From the sequence record OL615011: a stretch of DNA of 64,000 nucleotides. One strand, given 5' to 3'. This DNA comes from Shigella phage vB_SboS_Gloob. A program made the position numbers and the translations under genes. Positions 27,706-36,686 of the stretch are shown here, in pieces (the first letter of the stretch is position 1; each line of letters begins with the position of its first letter). The notes beneath the pieces are model-generated. The model was not told the DNA's origin. It saw only the letters and a list, made by a program, of their open reading frames with translations, and made no database searches.

Positions 27706-27912
27706 TTATTGGCGGGTGCGGGATCTTGCCTGGCTGATAATGAGGTCAACATGCGGAAGTCGGTCCAATTCCCTTCGGCGCTTGCGTTCCTTACGCCATT
27801 CATGGAATTTTTCGTCTAACATTTCTGTGTTGATGATCGTTGCAATGATGCCAAATGCTCCAACAAAGGTCAAGATCATTTTGATCGAGTCCATCATGAA
27901 CCCTCCGCCCAA
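27706..27912 (-). CDS. small single-TM protein
   Basis: TM helix ILTFVGAFGIIATIINT followed by basic tail. Confidence 0.45.
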   Translation of the reverse strand: MGGGFMMDSIKMILTFVGAFGIIATIINTEMLDEKFHEWRKERKRRRELDRLPHVDLIISQARSRTRQ

Positions 27913-28427
27913 ACAAAGCCGTATTTGTTCAGTAGATCCACAGTTTCACCACGGGCGCGAGCCACGATAGATTCCACTGATTCTTCCACCTCGAGCGGCG
28001 GGCAACCAGCCTTTTCATATGTGTTAAGCAAGAGAGCAAGTTCTTTTACGAACCCTCTTTGTTCCTCTCTTCCAAAGAACCACATCCGCAGATCGTCACG
28101 TTCCCCATGCTTGTTCAGATAGAACATATTCGCGCACACGTAATCGTTTTTCTGAACAACGCCATTTATCTCCGGCCAATGCAACCCAGTCATCGCATAA
28201 TTGAAGAATTCCGAAGGGGTGACTTCGTCCGACACATAATACAAACGGAAGTCACCGCTGGGACCATGTTTGCAAATTCTATCCAGCATTATTTTGTGGA
28301 TGTCAACACGGTCTCGCGTCAAGACTTCCCGTTTCTCTAGTCGACCTCTCAGCCAAGCACTACCAATACACAAAAGAACGAAAGCAGTAGCACCAGTGAG
28401 TATGCCGAAAGAATCAAGATTGATCAT
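27894..28427 (-). CDS. N-terminally membrane-anchored protein
   Basis: TM helix FGILTGATAFVLLCIGSAWL then about 150-aa soluble domain. Confidence 0.5.
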   Translation of the reverse strand: MINLDSFGILTGATAFVLLCIGSAWLRGRLEKREVLTRDRVDIHKIMLDRICKHGPSGDFRLYYVSDEVTPSEFFNYAMTGLHWPEINGVVQKNDYVCANMFYLNKHGERDDLRMWFFGREEQRGFVKELALLLNTYEKAGCPPLEVEESVESIVARARGETVDLLNKYGFVWAEGS

Positions 28428-28469
28428 AAGATCCCCCGAAGTGATAGAGGGGCATAAGCCCCTCCGATG

Positions 28470-29078
28470 TTATTTGCTCAGGCTGGCGAGGTAGTTGTCG
28501 GCTTCGATAGACGACGGGCTGTTGGCGGAGTAGCTCGAATCAGCGATTTCGGTTTCGCGCAGGATGGCATCGATATCGATGGTGGTCATGCCAGCGGCAT
28601 AATCGATATCTTCAGGGAGCACCAGACCCAGGTCGTTCGTCTCTTTTTGAACACGAACCAGCTCGAGGTTGGACTTCACTTCGTCCAGTTTGTCACCCAG
28701 CTGGATGATCGCACCGTTCAGTTTGTCGCTGCTTGCTTCTATGTCCTTCACCTGAGCCAACAGGGCTTCGCCAATACGACGGCGATGCAGGACAATCAGG
28801 GCGTCGGCGCGGGTTGGTGTGACACCGCGAGCGATGGCGTCCTTCAGTACTTCTTCGCGCTTGGCAGCTTCACCCAGGTTCTGTTCTGCGGTCTTCTTCA
28901 GCTTGACGCCGTTGCGAACGTTGGCGACACGGGCTTCTTCCAGGCGGCGGATTTCATCAGACAGCTTACGGGCAGCCAGGTTCAGGCGCTTTTCGGTGCC
29001 GGTCAGTTTATCCAGACCCGTGGTGACGTTGGCTTCAACAGTGGTGAAGATGCGTTTCAGTAAGTTTTTCAGCGACAT
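28470..29078 (-). CDS. PspA/IM30-like coiled-coil protein (putative)
   Basis: N-terminal amphipathic segment MSLKNLLKRIFTTVEANVTTGLDKL resembles PspA N-terminus; long heptad-like coiled coil. Confidence 0.5.
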   Translation of the reverse strand: MSLKNLLKRIFTTVEANVTTGLDKLTGTEKRLNLAARKLSDEIRRLEEARVANVRNGVKLKKTAEQNLGEAAKREEVLKDAIARGVTPTRADALIVLHRRRIGEALLAQVKDIEASSDKLNGAIIQLGDKLDEVKSNLELVRVQKETNDLGLVLPEDIDYAAGMTTIDIDAILRETEIADSSYSANSPSSIEADNYLASLSK

Positions 29079-29093
29079 TAGTGTGATCCTCAG

Positions 29094-29435
29094 TTATTTC
29101 TTCGGGGGTTTAATTGAGGTGAAAGAATCCTTCCAACTCTTGAATTGTTCAACCAGAGCATCTTTACCCAGCTCGCCATTTGACACGCTGTGAACGTAGG
29201 CGAATGCCCCATAGCTGGATCCTGGCATAGCCTTACAGATGCGCAGACTGACCAAAGACTCGCCCACAGAAACAAGGTAATGATCGCGGCGATTGTCCAG
29301 GGCATAGTGGTTGTCATGAAACTTGTCGATAACAACACAGTTCTGAGGTTCGACGTCAATCGGTAGCCCGTTGGCTTCGGATCCACCGCGCCCAAGCACG
29401 CAGCCTGGGAATAATGTTTCTACGAGTGTGGTCAT
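29094..29435 (-). CDS. hypothetical protein
   Basis: 113-aa ORF; TATAAT-like box and AGAAGGA RBS upstream. Confidence 0.5.
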   Translation of the reverse strand: MTTLVETLFPGCVLGRGGSEANGLPIDVEPQNCVVIDKFHDNHYALDNRRDHYLVSVGESLVSLRICKAMPGSSYGAFAYVHSVSNGELGKDALVEQFKSWKDSFTSIKPPKK

Positions 29436-29489
29436 GGTCTGTTCCTTCTGTAAGTTCCCATGTATTATATGGGTGAATCGTTTAATGAA

Positions 29490-29840
29490 TTATTTGTTAT
29501 GAAATCCCAAAGCCTTGCGGACTTCTTCACGGTGTTTCTGCTCTTTCTGAGCCTCTGTGCGATTAATCCGGCGATTGTGATGTCGGACGAGAGCTTTGTA
29601 CACAGCCTTGGCTTCATGGTGAGGCAGGCAATCTGTGTGATAACCAATATCGACTGTGTAGCCTGAACAGCTGTTGACCGTGTAAGCATACACTTTGACG
29701 CCGTTATAGATCACAGCATCGATCCCAACCAGTCGCTCTCCGTTCCATTCAACGTCATCGGCGTCAATGGCATCGATTAGACAACGGATTTCGGCGCTCA
29801 GTGGTGGTATACAGAACAACCAGTTGATAAACTTGATCAT
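29490..29840 (-). CDS. hypothetical protein
   Basis: 116-aa ORF, basic C-terminus. Confidence 0.5.
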   Translation of the reverse strand: MIKFINWLFCIPPLSAEIRCLIDAIDADDVEWNGERLVGIDAVIYNGVKVYAYTVNSCSGYTVDIGYHTDCLPHHEAKAVYKALVRHHNRRINRTEAQKEQKHREEVRKALGFHNK

Positions 29841-29841
29841 G

Positions 29842-30057
29842 TCACTTCCTCATCAGTGAGAGCAGGTTGACCGCAGCCGGACGCGCATCAGGGGCGTAGA
29901 AGACGTCCTGAGAGTGCCTCTTACAGCACGGGCAATCCTTCGTGGCGATTACACAGGGAGCCTTGTCCACGGCAAATCCGGCGGCTTCGGCTTCCTTCAC
30001 GGTGGTGAATGGCAGGTAAGCACTTGTGCCCTGCCCTCCGCATGAACATTCCATCAA
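29842..30057 (-). CDS. small Cys-rich protein
   Basis: CSCGG ... C ... CPCC pattern. Confidence 0.45.
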   Translation of the reverse strand: MMECSCGGQGTSAYLPFTTVKEAEAAGFAVDKAPCVIATKDCPCCKRHSQDVFYAPDARPAAVNLLSLMRK

Positions 30058-30170
30058 CGTTTCCTCTTAAAGGGGATGATCAGAGCTATGATAACAAGCA
30101 TAGCTGTAATCACCCCGCATGCTATTAGACCAAAGGCGAACGACTTCAGAACAAACTCAATCAAATTCAT
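30057..30170 (-). CDS. very small membrane protein (37 aa), not in ORF track
   Basis: MNLIEFVLKSFAFGLIACGVITAMLVIIALIIPF; start overlaps upstream stop. Confidence 0.3.
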
Positions 30171-31372
30171 AACTTCCTCAATTTGGCTCTGGTGACCTGA
30201 GTTTGTTTAACGCCATTATACTCGGTCAGTTCTTTGACACGACCACGGATGATCATGTCGCCCTGCAGGAACTCGGTATCCATGTACGAGGTCTTCCAGG
30301 TAATTGTATTACCTTCTGCTGTTTTGAAAGTGAACAGGTAGCTGTCGCCGTATTCATTAGAGAAGAGGAAGGTACGCTTGTCAAACGTGACGCGGACTTC
30401 CAGCATTTCACCGACTTCTGCTACCCACTTGTTCTCCGTCTTGCGGTCGGTGCGAGGACGATGGATGTAATCGTAATACTTCTTGGCACCCCAACGGACT
30501 GTGTTGGAATCCTTAATGAGGTGATAGCCAGGTTCACACATGCGTTTCAAGCGAACATTGAATTCGTTGGATTCAGACAGCGCGCTGATGAAGAGCATCA
30601 TGTGGTACATTTCTGACTCGGCGTCTTCGCGATATTCACGAGCCTTAATCAGAAACATCTCGGCATCAGAACCCGCCTTTGGCTTCTGCCCAGCACGCAG
30701 GTAGCCCAGCACCTGGTCAAACAGTTCTGATTTGATGTCCACTCCAGCCAGCAGCACCTGGAAGCATGCACGCAAATAACCGTGGGTGTCCGCGAAGCGT
30801 TCATTCCGGACGCGATAGATCCCCTCTGGGTCGTCTTCATCCGGCATGAAGAATTCGGTGATGCCCAGATAGTAAGACATAATCGCATCAAGAGATTTCT
30901 GATGCGGTACGTAGTGATGCATGCAGGTGCTACCGATCAGCATCTGGGTGTGGGTCTGCTCATTCTCAATCACATATGTGTTCTTGCGATTGATGAGCAG
31001 ATTGCAGTGCTGGCACCAAGAAACGTTCTCCCCCTCGAAGCGACGGATGAAGTCGGCATTGATGTTGTCAGACAGTTTGTTCAGGATGACCTTTGGGTAT
31101 TCGTGATTGAACTGACCGATAATCTTCCATCCGCCGTAAGAAACTGGGCGGTCAATGCCTTCTCCTTCGAGGGTGACGGGTTTCCACCAGTGAGTAAGGA
31201 TCTCACCAGTGATGTCACGGGTGTGGGTCTTGAAGGGATCACCATAAGTCACAGTCGGGAACGGGACACCCAGCCTTTCGGCAGTGCGCTCGAGCTTCTT
31301 CAGCCGCTCAACGACCAGTTCTTCATTGTCGATCGGAATGTTGAATGTTTTGGCGTTCATTTCCAGCCTCAT
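30167..31372 (-). CDS. hypothetical protein with Cys/His cluster
   Basis: 401-aa ORF; WCQHC ... STCMHHY motif; AT-rich putative promoter upstream. Confidence 0.6.
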   Translation of the reverse strand: MRLEMNAKTFNIPIDNEELVVERLKKLERTAERLGVPFPTVTYGDPFKTHTRDITGEILTHWWKPVTLEGEGIDRPVSYGGWKIIGQFNHEYPKVILNKLSDNINADFIRRFEGENVSWCQHCNLLINRKNTYVIENEQTHTQMLIGSTCMHHYVPHQKSLDAIMSYYLGITEFFMPDEDDPEGIYRVRNERFADTHGYLRACFQVLLAGVDIKSELFDQVLGYLRAGQKPKAGSDAEMFLIKAREYREDAESEMYHMMLFISALSESNEFNVRLKRMCEPGYHLIKDSNTVRWGAKKYYDYIHRPRTDRKTENKWVAEVGEMLEVRVTFDKRTFLFSNEYGDSYLFTFKTAEGNTITWKTSYMDTEFLQGDMIIRGRVKELTEYNGVKQTQVTRAKLRKL

Positions 31373-31447
31373 GATTTAGTAACAACTCTTCAATAGAGAT
31401 TAAATATTAGGCGCTTTATTCTTGAAAGTAAAGTTATTGAAATTAAA

Positions 31448-31470
31448 AAGCCCAGTACTTGACTGGGCTT
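31448..31470 (-). terminator. rho-independent terminator (minus strand)
   Basis: aagcccagtacttgactgggctt hairpin; T-run on minus strand. Confidence 0.55.
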
Positions 31471-31487
31471 CTTGGTATTCGGTCCGT

Positions 31488-31808
31488 TTATTCTTCAGCA
31501 GAATCAACGTTCGGGTCACGATCCGGTTTAGCGTTCGGGAACAAGGATTCATAAAGATCCTGATACTTCTCGCTCGTTTCGATCGTTTTCTGGTAGGTGC
31601 CATTCGCGCGGTCAGACACAACCTTACGCAGGTCGCTGGCCTTAATGCCCGTGTCTTTCGCCAGCTCGGCCAGAGTCTCAGTAATGAAAGTCTGTTCCGA
31701 TTTGATGCGGACCTGGGCGGCGCGGCAGTTTTCAATCGCGCCCATCAGCTTGCGGCGAGACTCAGGATCAGACGGTAGTGCATAAAAGCCGATTTGTTCT
31801 ACAGACAT
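31488..31808 (-). CDS. hypothetical protein
   Basis: 106-aa ORF. Confidence 0.55.
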   Translation of the reverse strand: MSVEQIGFYALPSDPESRRKLMGAIENCRAAQVRIKSEQTFITETLAELAKDTGIKASDLRKVVSDRANGTYQKTIETSEKYQDLYESLFPNAKPDRDPNVDSAEE

Positions 31809-31823
31809 TTGTTGTTCCTCTTG

Positions 31824-32180
31824 TTAAGATCTCATGCCTTGTGGGATCAGATTAGCCCCACGGCGGCGTAAAAAGAAGTTTACGATGGAGTGATATTGGA
31901 ACTTCGGGATGATCTCTACACCGTCTTCCGTCGTATACCATTCCACTGTGTTGGTGCGCACTGGAAGGGGGAATGACGGCAGATCCAGCTGTACGAGTTC
32001 ACCCTCTTGGCAGATCATGCCGATGCCATATTCCTCCCAGATTTTACGATTGTCAAAGAACTCCAGAGTCTGCTCCGGACTCAGCTCAATCGCTTGTTTG
32101 GTGTGGCACACCTGTTTGGTGGCCTGCACCAGGCCAGCCATAAAATCATTGTGTAACATGATGTGCTCCTGGTTTAACAT
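31824..32180 (-). CDS. hypothetical protein
   Basis: 118-aa ORF. Confidence 0.5.
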   Translation of the reverse strand: MLNQEHIMLHNDFMAGLVQATKQVCHTKQAIELSPEQTLEFFDNRKIWEEYGIGMICQEGELVQLDLPSFPLPVRTNTVEWYTTEDGVEIIPKFQYHSIVNFFLRRRGANLIPQGMRS

Positions 32181-32221
32181 TCAGATCATAGAATTATACC
32201 CTATGACCCACTATATTGAAT

Positions 32222-33655
32222 TTAACCGAAATTCCAATTATTGACTGTTTGGGCTTTCTGCTCATCGCTCGCCGCCGAACCTGACTTGTTGAGGTCATGT
32301 TTGATGTGTACATTCTCAACATATTTGGCCTCAGCCTCAGTCAGGTCCTTCTTAACTTCATTCCAATCCAGGTCAAACAGGATCTGTTTGTCTTGGTCCA
32401 TACCAAACAGGAATGACTTCAGCTTTTGCTTGTTGGCATAACGGTTCTTGAGTATTGAGGCTCGGGCTTTCTTGACCGCCGCCAGTTCGTCAGGAGCATA
32501 GAATGCCATGATGAAGTCGGCCACCTTCGGGATACCGATAGCATCTGCCAGGTCACTGATTCCACCATCCGTGCTATTCTGATTCTCACGATTGAACTGC
32601 ATGCCAGTCCATACAGGGACATCAAACTCAAATCCCAGCGCACGAAACTCACGAGCCACAGACGTGTAATAGACGTTTGTGTTCTGCATCAGGTGGGCAG
32701 GCAGGCGCGAGGAAGCAGCTTCACCAAGGTAGTCAATGATGATGACGTCAGGGGCGCGGCCTGTTGCTTGGATGTACTCAAGGATGTCGCGGCGGAATAA
32801 ACCTGTGTGCCCAGCGCCGGACGGATATTCCTTGATGACGATATCACCCTTGGGTGCACCATCTTGGCGACTGCGGAGCTTCTCTATCGTGGCGATGTAC
32901 TCGTGCCTTGTGAGTTTCTCTAAAGACTCAAAGTCGCGACGCATGATACGGGCATCAAGACGGTGTCGCCAGACGTTCTCGGCCACTTCGAGGGTGAATA
33001 CAAAGACGTTCAGCCCCTGCTCCGAGTACCCTGCGGTCAGGTCAATCAGCGTTGTGGTCTTACCTGCGTTGATCGCGCCTGTTACGATGTTCAGTGTCTT
33101 CTTACCAACGCCGCCGCGCGTCGCCTTGTTGAAGATCTCAACCGCGAACGGGATCTTGGCCTCGTTGGAGTTCATATGGTCATACTGCTCTGCCGCCATC
33201 TCCCAATAGATGTGGCCGAGGTATGAATCAAACCGGATCGCCAGGGCTTCCTGCAACAGGGTCGGGATGTTGTTCATCTCGTCCTTGCGCTTCTCATCCC
33301 CATAGATGTTGACGGCGGTCTTGATTGCGTTATGTACAGCCTTTTGCCGCGCCCAGGTCTCTGTTTCCTTCGCCAGCCACTCTTCATTGAAGGTGTTGTC
33401 GTTGATGTTCTCCAGGGCAGATACCGCCTGGTCAAACACATATTCGTTCAGCTTTGTCCGTTCAAGAATGATAGACAGTGCTTCGATGGACGGACGGGCA
33501 TTGTACTCTGCGGCATAACTGTCAATCAGGCCAAAGATAACCTTTTCGCCTTCGTTGTCAAAATAATCGGCTTTCAGGTACGGCAGGATCTTTCTTTGAT
33601 AATCTTCATTGTAAATCAACTGTGAAAGCACGACAGATTCGAGTAACATTGGCAA
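32222..33655 (-). CDS. DnaB-family replicative DNA helicase (T4 gp41-like)
   Basis: Walker A GAINAGKTT, Walker B IIIDYLG, RecA-like core. Confidence 0.85.
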   Translation of the reverse strand: MPMLLESVVLSQLIYNEDYQRKILPYLKADYFDNEGEKVIFGLIDSYAAEYNARPSIEALSIILERTKLNEYVFDQAVSALENINDNTFNEEWLAKETETWARQKAVHNAIKTAVNIYGDEKRKDEMNNIPTLLQEALAIRFDSYLGHIYWEMAAEQYDHMNSNEAKIPFAVEIFNKATRGGVGKKTLNIVTGAINAGKTTTLIDLTAGYSEQGLNVFVFTLEVAENVWRHRLDARIMRRDFESLEKLTRHEYIATIEKLRSRQDGAPKGDIVIKEYPSGAGHTGLFRRDILEYIQATGRAPDVIIIDYLGEAASSRLPAHLMQNTNVYYTSVAREFRALGFEFDVPVWTGMQFNRENQNSTDGGISDLADAIGIPKVADFIMAFYAPDELAAVKKARASILKNRYANKQKLKSFLFGMDQDKQILFDLDWNEVKKDLTEAEAKYVENVHIKHDLNKSGSAASDEQKAQTVNNWNFG

Positions 33656-33985
33656 CTACCCCACCAAAAATTTATTGTATTCCTGAGCATTACGCTGCAT
33701 GAGGGTTACAAGGATATCCCCTGTCACCTCAGTGAACAAGTCATTTTCTTTCAAATTCACAAACATCAGACGTAATGGTTTCTTCAATATATCGGTCACG
33801 AAAGACAGGCGGGGTTCGCCGTCCACTTCGTTGATGGCAACCTTGCCGAACCGGAATTGAACGCCACGGAATTTGCCAGAAGTGATCTTGATGATCGCCA
33901 GCTGATCAGCACCAGGGTCGATGATTGTGTAGTTATTGGGGGAGTTGCCTCCCCCTCCGTTGTCACTCGGATGTGTTGATAACAT
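33656..33985 (-). CDS. hypothetical protein in the position of T4 gene 40
   Basis: located between helicase and UvsX as gene 40 is in T4; start overlaps UvsX stop by about 20 nt. Confidence 0.45.
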   Translation of the reverse strand: MLSTHPSDNGGGGNSPNNYTIIDPGADQLAIIKITSGKFRGVQFRFGKVAINEVDGEPRLSFVTDILKKPLRLMFVNLKENDLFTEVTGDILVTLMQRNAQEYNKFLVG

Positions 33986-35048
33986 GGTCCATCTGCTCCA
34001 GCATGTTCGCAGGCATAACAGTACCGTTAGAAACACCGAACATCTTCTTCACGTCATCGGCGAAGTCGACATTCTCCAGAAGCGGATACCAGAAATCATC
34101 ATCCATCTGACGCTTCTGATATTTCTTTTCCTTCTCAGGATCGAAGCCGCCCTTGGCTGTACGCACATACCAGCCGGAAGACGGCATATCAACGTAACCC
34201 AGAGCACGAGCGATCTCAAGCAGGCCGCTCCAGCGGTCAATGCCACCGTCGTACAGCACCGTCACAGGGAGCTTGGCTTTCTCTTTGACATGGCGACCTT
34301 TCATGATGCCGATATTGAAGTTCCAGCCCAACAGATCTTTGTCTTCCTTCACCTGAGAACGGGTGATGAACCAGATCAGGTTGGACGACAGGAAGCCCTG
34401 CTTGCCGCCTTTGATGTTAGGCTCGGCATACTGGTTGCCGATCTCGTCATAGTAGGAGTTGATCCACACCAGAACGAGTTCTTTGCTGTTGATTTCGGGA
34501 GTAATGACACGCCAGAAGCTGTTGAGAGCACGGGCGCGGGTCATATCCTGTGTATCTTTACCAGCGATGGCGTCTTCAACTTCTTTGGTAGACGGCAACT
34601 GGCTGATTGAGTCGATGAACACGATGACCTTGTCACCCTTCTTGACTTCCTGAAGGATTTGCAACAGGCGGATCTTGGTCTGCTCAACGTTGTCAATCGG
34701 CACGTACAGGACGCGATCCATGTCAATACCCATAGACGTCCAGTAATCGGCGTTGGCACCCTTTTCCGAGTCCGCAAAGACGCAAATAGCATCAGGGAAC
34801 TTGTCCATGTACGCCTTGACATCTACCAGACCGAACATCGTTTTGAAGGTACGGGAATCACCCACCATCATCTTGATACCGGAGATCAAGCCGCCGTCAA
34901 TACGCCCAGACCAGGCGATGTCAATCAGGGGAATACCAGTAGAACAGATGATAGACGGTTCCAGCGCGTCGGATTGGGACAGCACTGAAGCCTGGTCGTC
35001 ATGTTTCTTGGCAACCTTCAGCATGCGGTCCATTAATGAACTGGCCAT
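33963..35048 (-). CDS. uvsX: UvsX recombinase (RecA-like)
   Basis: strong resemblance to T4 UvsX as recalled (GGLISG, KSNFGL-like, VVFIDSISQL, TRAKAL-like, GGIDRWSGLL). Confidence 0.85.
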   Translation of the reverse strand: MASSLMDRMLKVAKKHDDQASVLSQSDALEPSIICSTGIPLIDIAWSGRIDGGLISGIKMMVGDSRTFKTMFGLVDVKAYMDKFPDAICVFADSEKGANADYWTSMGIDMDRVLYVPIDNVEQTKIRLLQILQEVKKGDKVIVFIDSISQLPSTKEVEDAIAGKDTQDMTRARALNSFWRVITPEINSKELVLVWINSYYDEIGNQYAEPNIKGGKQGFLSSNLIWFITRSQVKEDKDLLGWNFNIGIMKGRHVKEKAKLPVTVLYDGGIDRWSGLLEIARALGYVDMPSSGWYVRTAKGGFDPEKEKKYQKRQMDDDFWYPLLENVDFADDVKKMFGVSNGTVMPANMLEQMDHVINTSE

Positions 35049-35575
35049 TTCACTTCCTCTTTATTGTTGATCGTCGTTAATAATTCTACACCCATAACCT
35101 TCTGGGACAAAATGTTAACCGCCTCTTGGATGCTCTTCAGAGACATCATCTCAACAGGCGACGGTGCGTCATTATGTCGGTCGGTTAGGTACATATTGCG
35201 CAGATTGTTGTAGTTCGTGCGGTTGATGCACGCAGCGTTCAGCGCAATATTCAGGATATACATCATCTGTTCAATGGTTACATCCTTTGGCATGGCGTGG
35301 ATGTAATAGATCGAACCTTCGAAGTAGACGTCCACCAGTTCCTCTGGTATCTCGACGCCACCGCTGGCATACTCTTCGATCATCCTGAACAGAGACTCTG
35401 GTTGCTCGCTGGCGATCTTATGCGTGACAGTCGCCGAAAGACCATCACCCAGTTTAACAGGCCTGGTGTATTCAGTGATGAATACATTATGACCGCCGCC
35501 GATGATGTGCTCGGCGAAATTAGCGGATGCGTTCGCCGCGTTGTCTGCATGATATGAAACGACGACTGTAAACAT
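35033..35575 (-). CDS. hypothetical protein occupying the position held by beta-glucosyltransferase in T4
   Basis: first ATG (MFTVVV) of longer track ORF; lies between UvsX and gp56-like gene. Confidence 0.5.
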   Translation of the reverse strand: MFTVVVSYHADNAANASANFAEHIIGGGHNVFITEYTRPVKLGDGLSATVTHKIASEQPESLFRMIEEYASGGVEIPEELVDVYFEGSIYYIHAMPKDVTIEQMMYILNIALNAACINRTNYNNLRNMYLTDRHNDAPSPVEMMSLKSIQEAVNILSQKVMGVELLTTINNKEEVKWPVH

Positions 35576-36120
35576 TAGAACTCCAGGGTCAGAGGGGTTT
35601 CTGTGGACTTGTCGTAATCCGCGCCGCCAGCAGCACGCAGACGATTGCGATCGTTCTTGCGCTTGTGTGCCAGCATGTAGGTTTCGGCATCCAGTCCCAA
35701 ATAACCACAAGCATACGCAAGGAAAGCAGCCAGCACATTGCGCTCTGGATGAGACATAAAATGCGTGAACAGATTTGTCACATGGAGGAAATCTGGCTTT
35801 CTCTGAATAGGTTGGTCAGACACATAACCCGTCATGTCGTACATATCATGCGGCTCCGCTTCTTTTTGTATAACGGCACACAGCATGAAGTGGACGACAT
35901 CGACCAATTCGTAAACCGCATTGACTTGGTGCCATTGCTGGTCTTTACCATAGATCTTCCAGCTGGTCGAAACTTCGTCAAGGAACTCTGCCCACTCGCG
36001 GTAGATAGAGTTTACCACCGCGACTTCGGTCCAATGCTTCTGCCACTCTTCCCCAAAGTAGGCCACGTTGGTGGCCTTTTGGAGTTCGAGCAGGCTTTTG
36101 ATATGCCCTGCTGTGATCAT
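35575..36120 (-). CDS. gp56-like dNTP pyrophosphatase (dCTPase/dUTPase type, MazG-like)
   Basis: YELVDVVHFMLCAV resembles T4 gp56 region FELVDIFHFVLNMF as recalled. Confidence 0.6.
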   Translation of the reverse strand: MITAGHIKSLLELQKATNVAYFGEEWQKHWTEVAVVNSIYREWAEFLDEVSTSWKIYGKDQQWHQVNAVYELVDVVHFMLCAVIQKEAEPHDMYDMTGYVSDQPIQRKPDFLHVTNLFTHFMSHPERNVLAAFLAYACGYLGLDAETYMLAHKRKNDRNRLRAAGGADYDKSTETPLTLEF

Positions 36121-36686
36121 TTACGTTCTCCGTAGAATTTAACGAACGGTGCCCAACCATCAAATGGATTGAGGAATTCGTAGTCCACTTCCATCTTATC
36201 AATGAAAGCCTCTATATCGTCCTCTATGATACCAGCGCGGTCGGCCTTTGAAATGCGGGTGATAGGACATTTCGTACTCAGCGCCCACTCATATTCCTGA
36301 GGGGTGCGCAGATCGCTCACGATATAATGTACATGAGGGTTCTGCTCCACCAGAGGAAGCTGGAAGCGCTTGAAGAATGCCAGGAACAGATCAGGCTGTA
36401 CGTAACGCAAGCCCGTATCGCTGCCGAGATGAAGCCAGATCTGCCGTGGGGTTAAGCCCTTGGGGTTATCAGGGTGGATGTAAGGAACGTCCTTCACGGC
36501 ATCCTCTACCTCCGCTGGCAGCCACGGGTAAATGTAGTTGGCGACCCGGCGCAGTTCATCTGAGAACGAAAGGCGCTGGATATCCATATCACCCTGTAGA
36601 TGGTGATAGCTGATGAGGGACTCCAAACAGAAGTCCTTACCGGAGCGCTTGCGCCCCGTAAAGAATTCAAGGTTCGGGTACATCAT
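36117..36686 (-). CDS. gp1-like deoxynucleoside monophosphate kinase
   Basis: N-terminal P-loop FTGRKRSGKD matches T4 gp1 (LSGVKRSGKD) as recalled. Confidence 0.7.
   Translation of the reverse strand: MMYPNLEFFTGRKRSGKDFCLESLISYHHLQGDMDIQRLSFSDELRRVANYIYPWLPAEVEDAVKDVPYIHPDNPKGLTPRQIWLHLGSDTGLRYVQPDLFLAFFKRFQLPLVEQNPHVHYIVSDLRTPQEYEWALSTKCPITRISKADRAGIIEDDIEAFIDKMEVDYEFLNPFDGWAPFVKFYGERK

Noticed and set aside
27894-28427. T4 holin T homolog (N-terminal TM plus large periplasmic-type domain)
   Set aside because: Topology is compatible but I could not see sequence similarity to holin T and the gene is far from the endolysin; kept as an unassigned membrane-anchored protein.
30167-31372. Possible tRNA-guanine transglycosylase/DpdA-like enzyme (Cys/His cluster)
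   Set aside because: Cluster does not follow the CxCxxC...H spacing of TGT-family zinc sites and no TIM-barrel signature was recognised.
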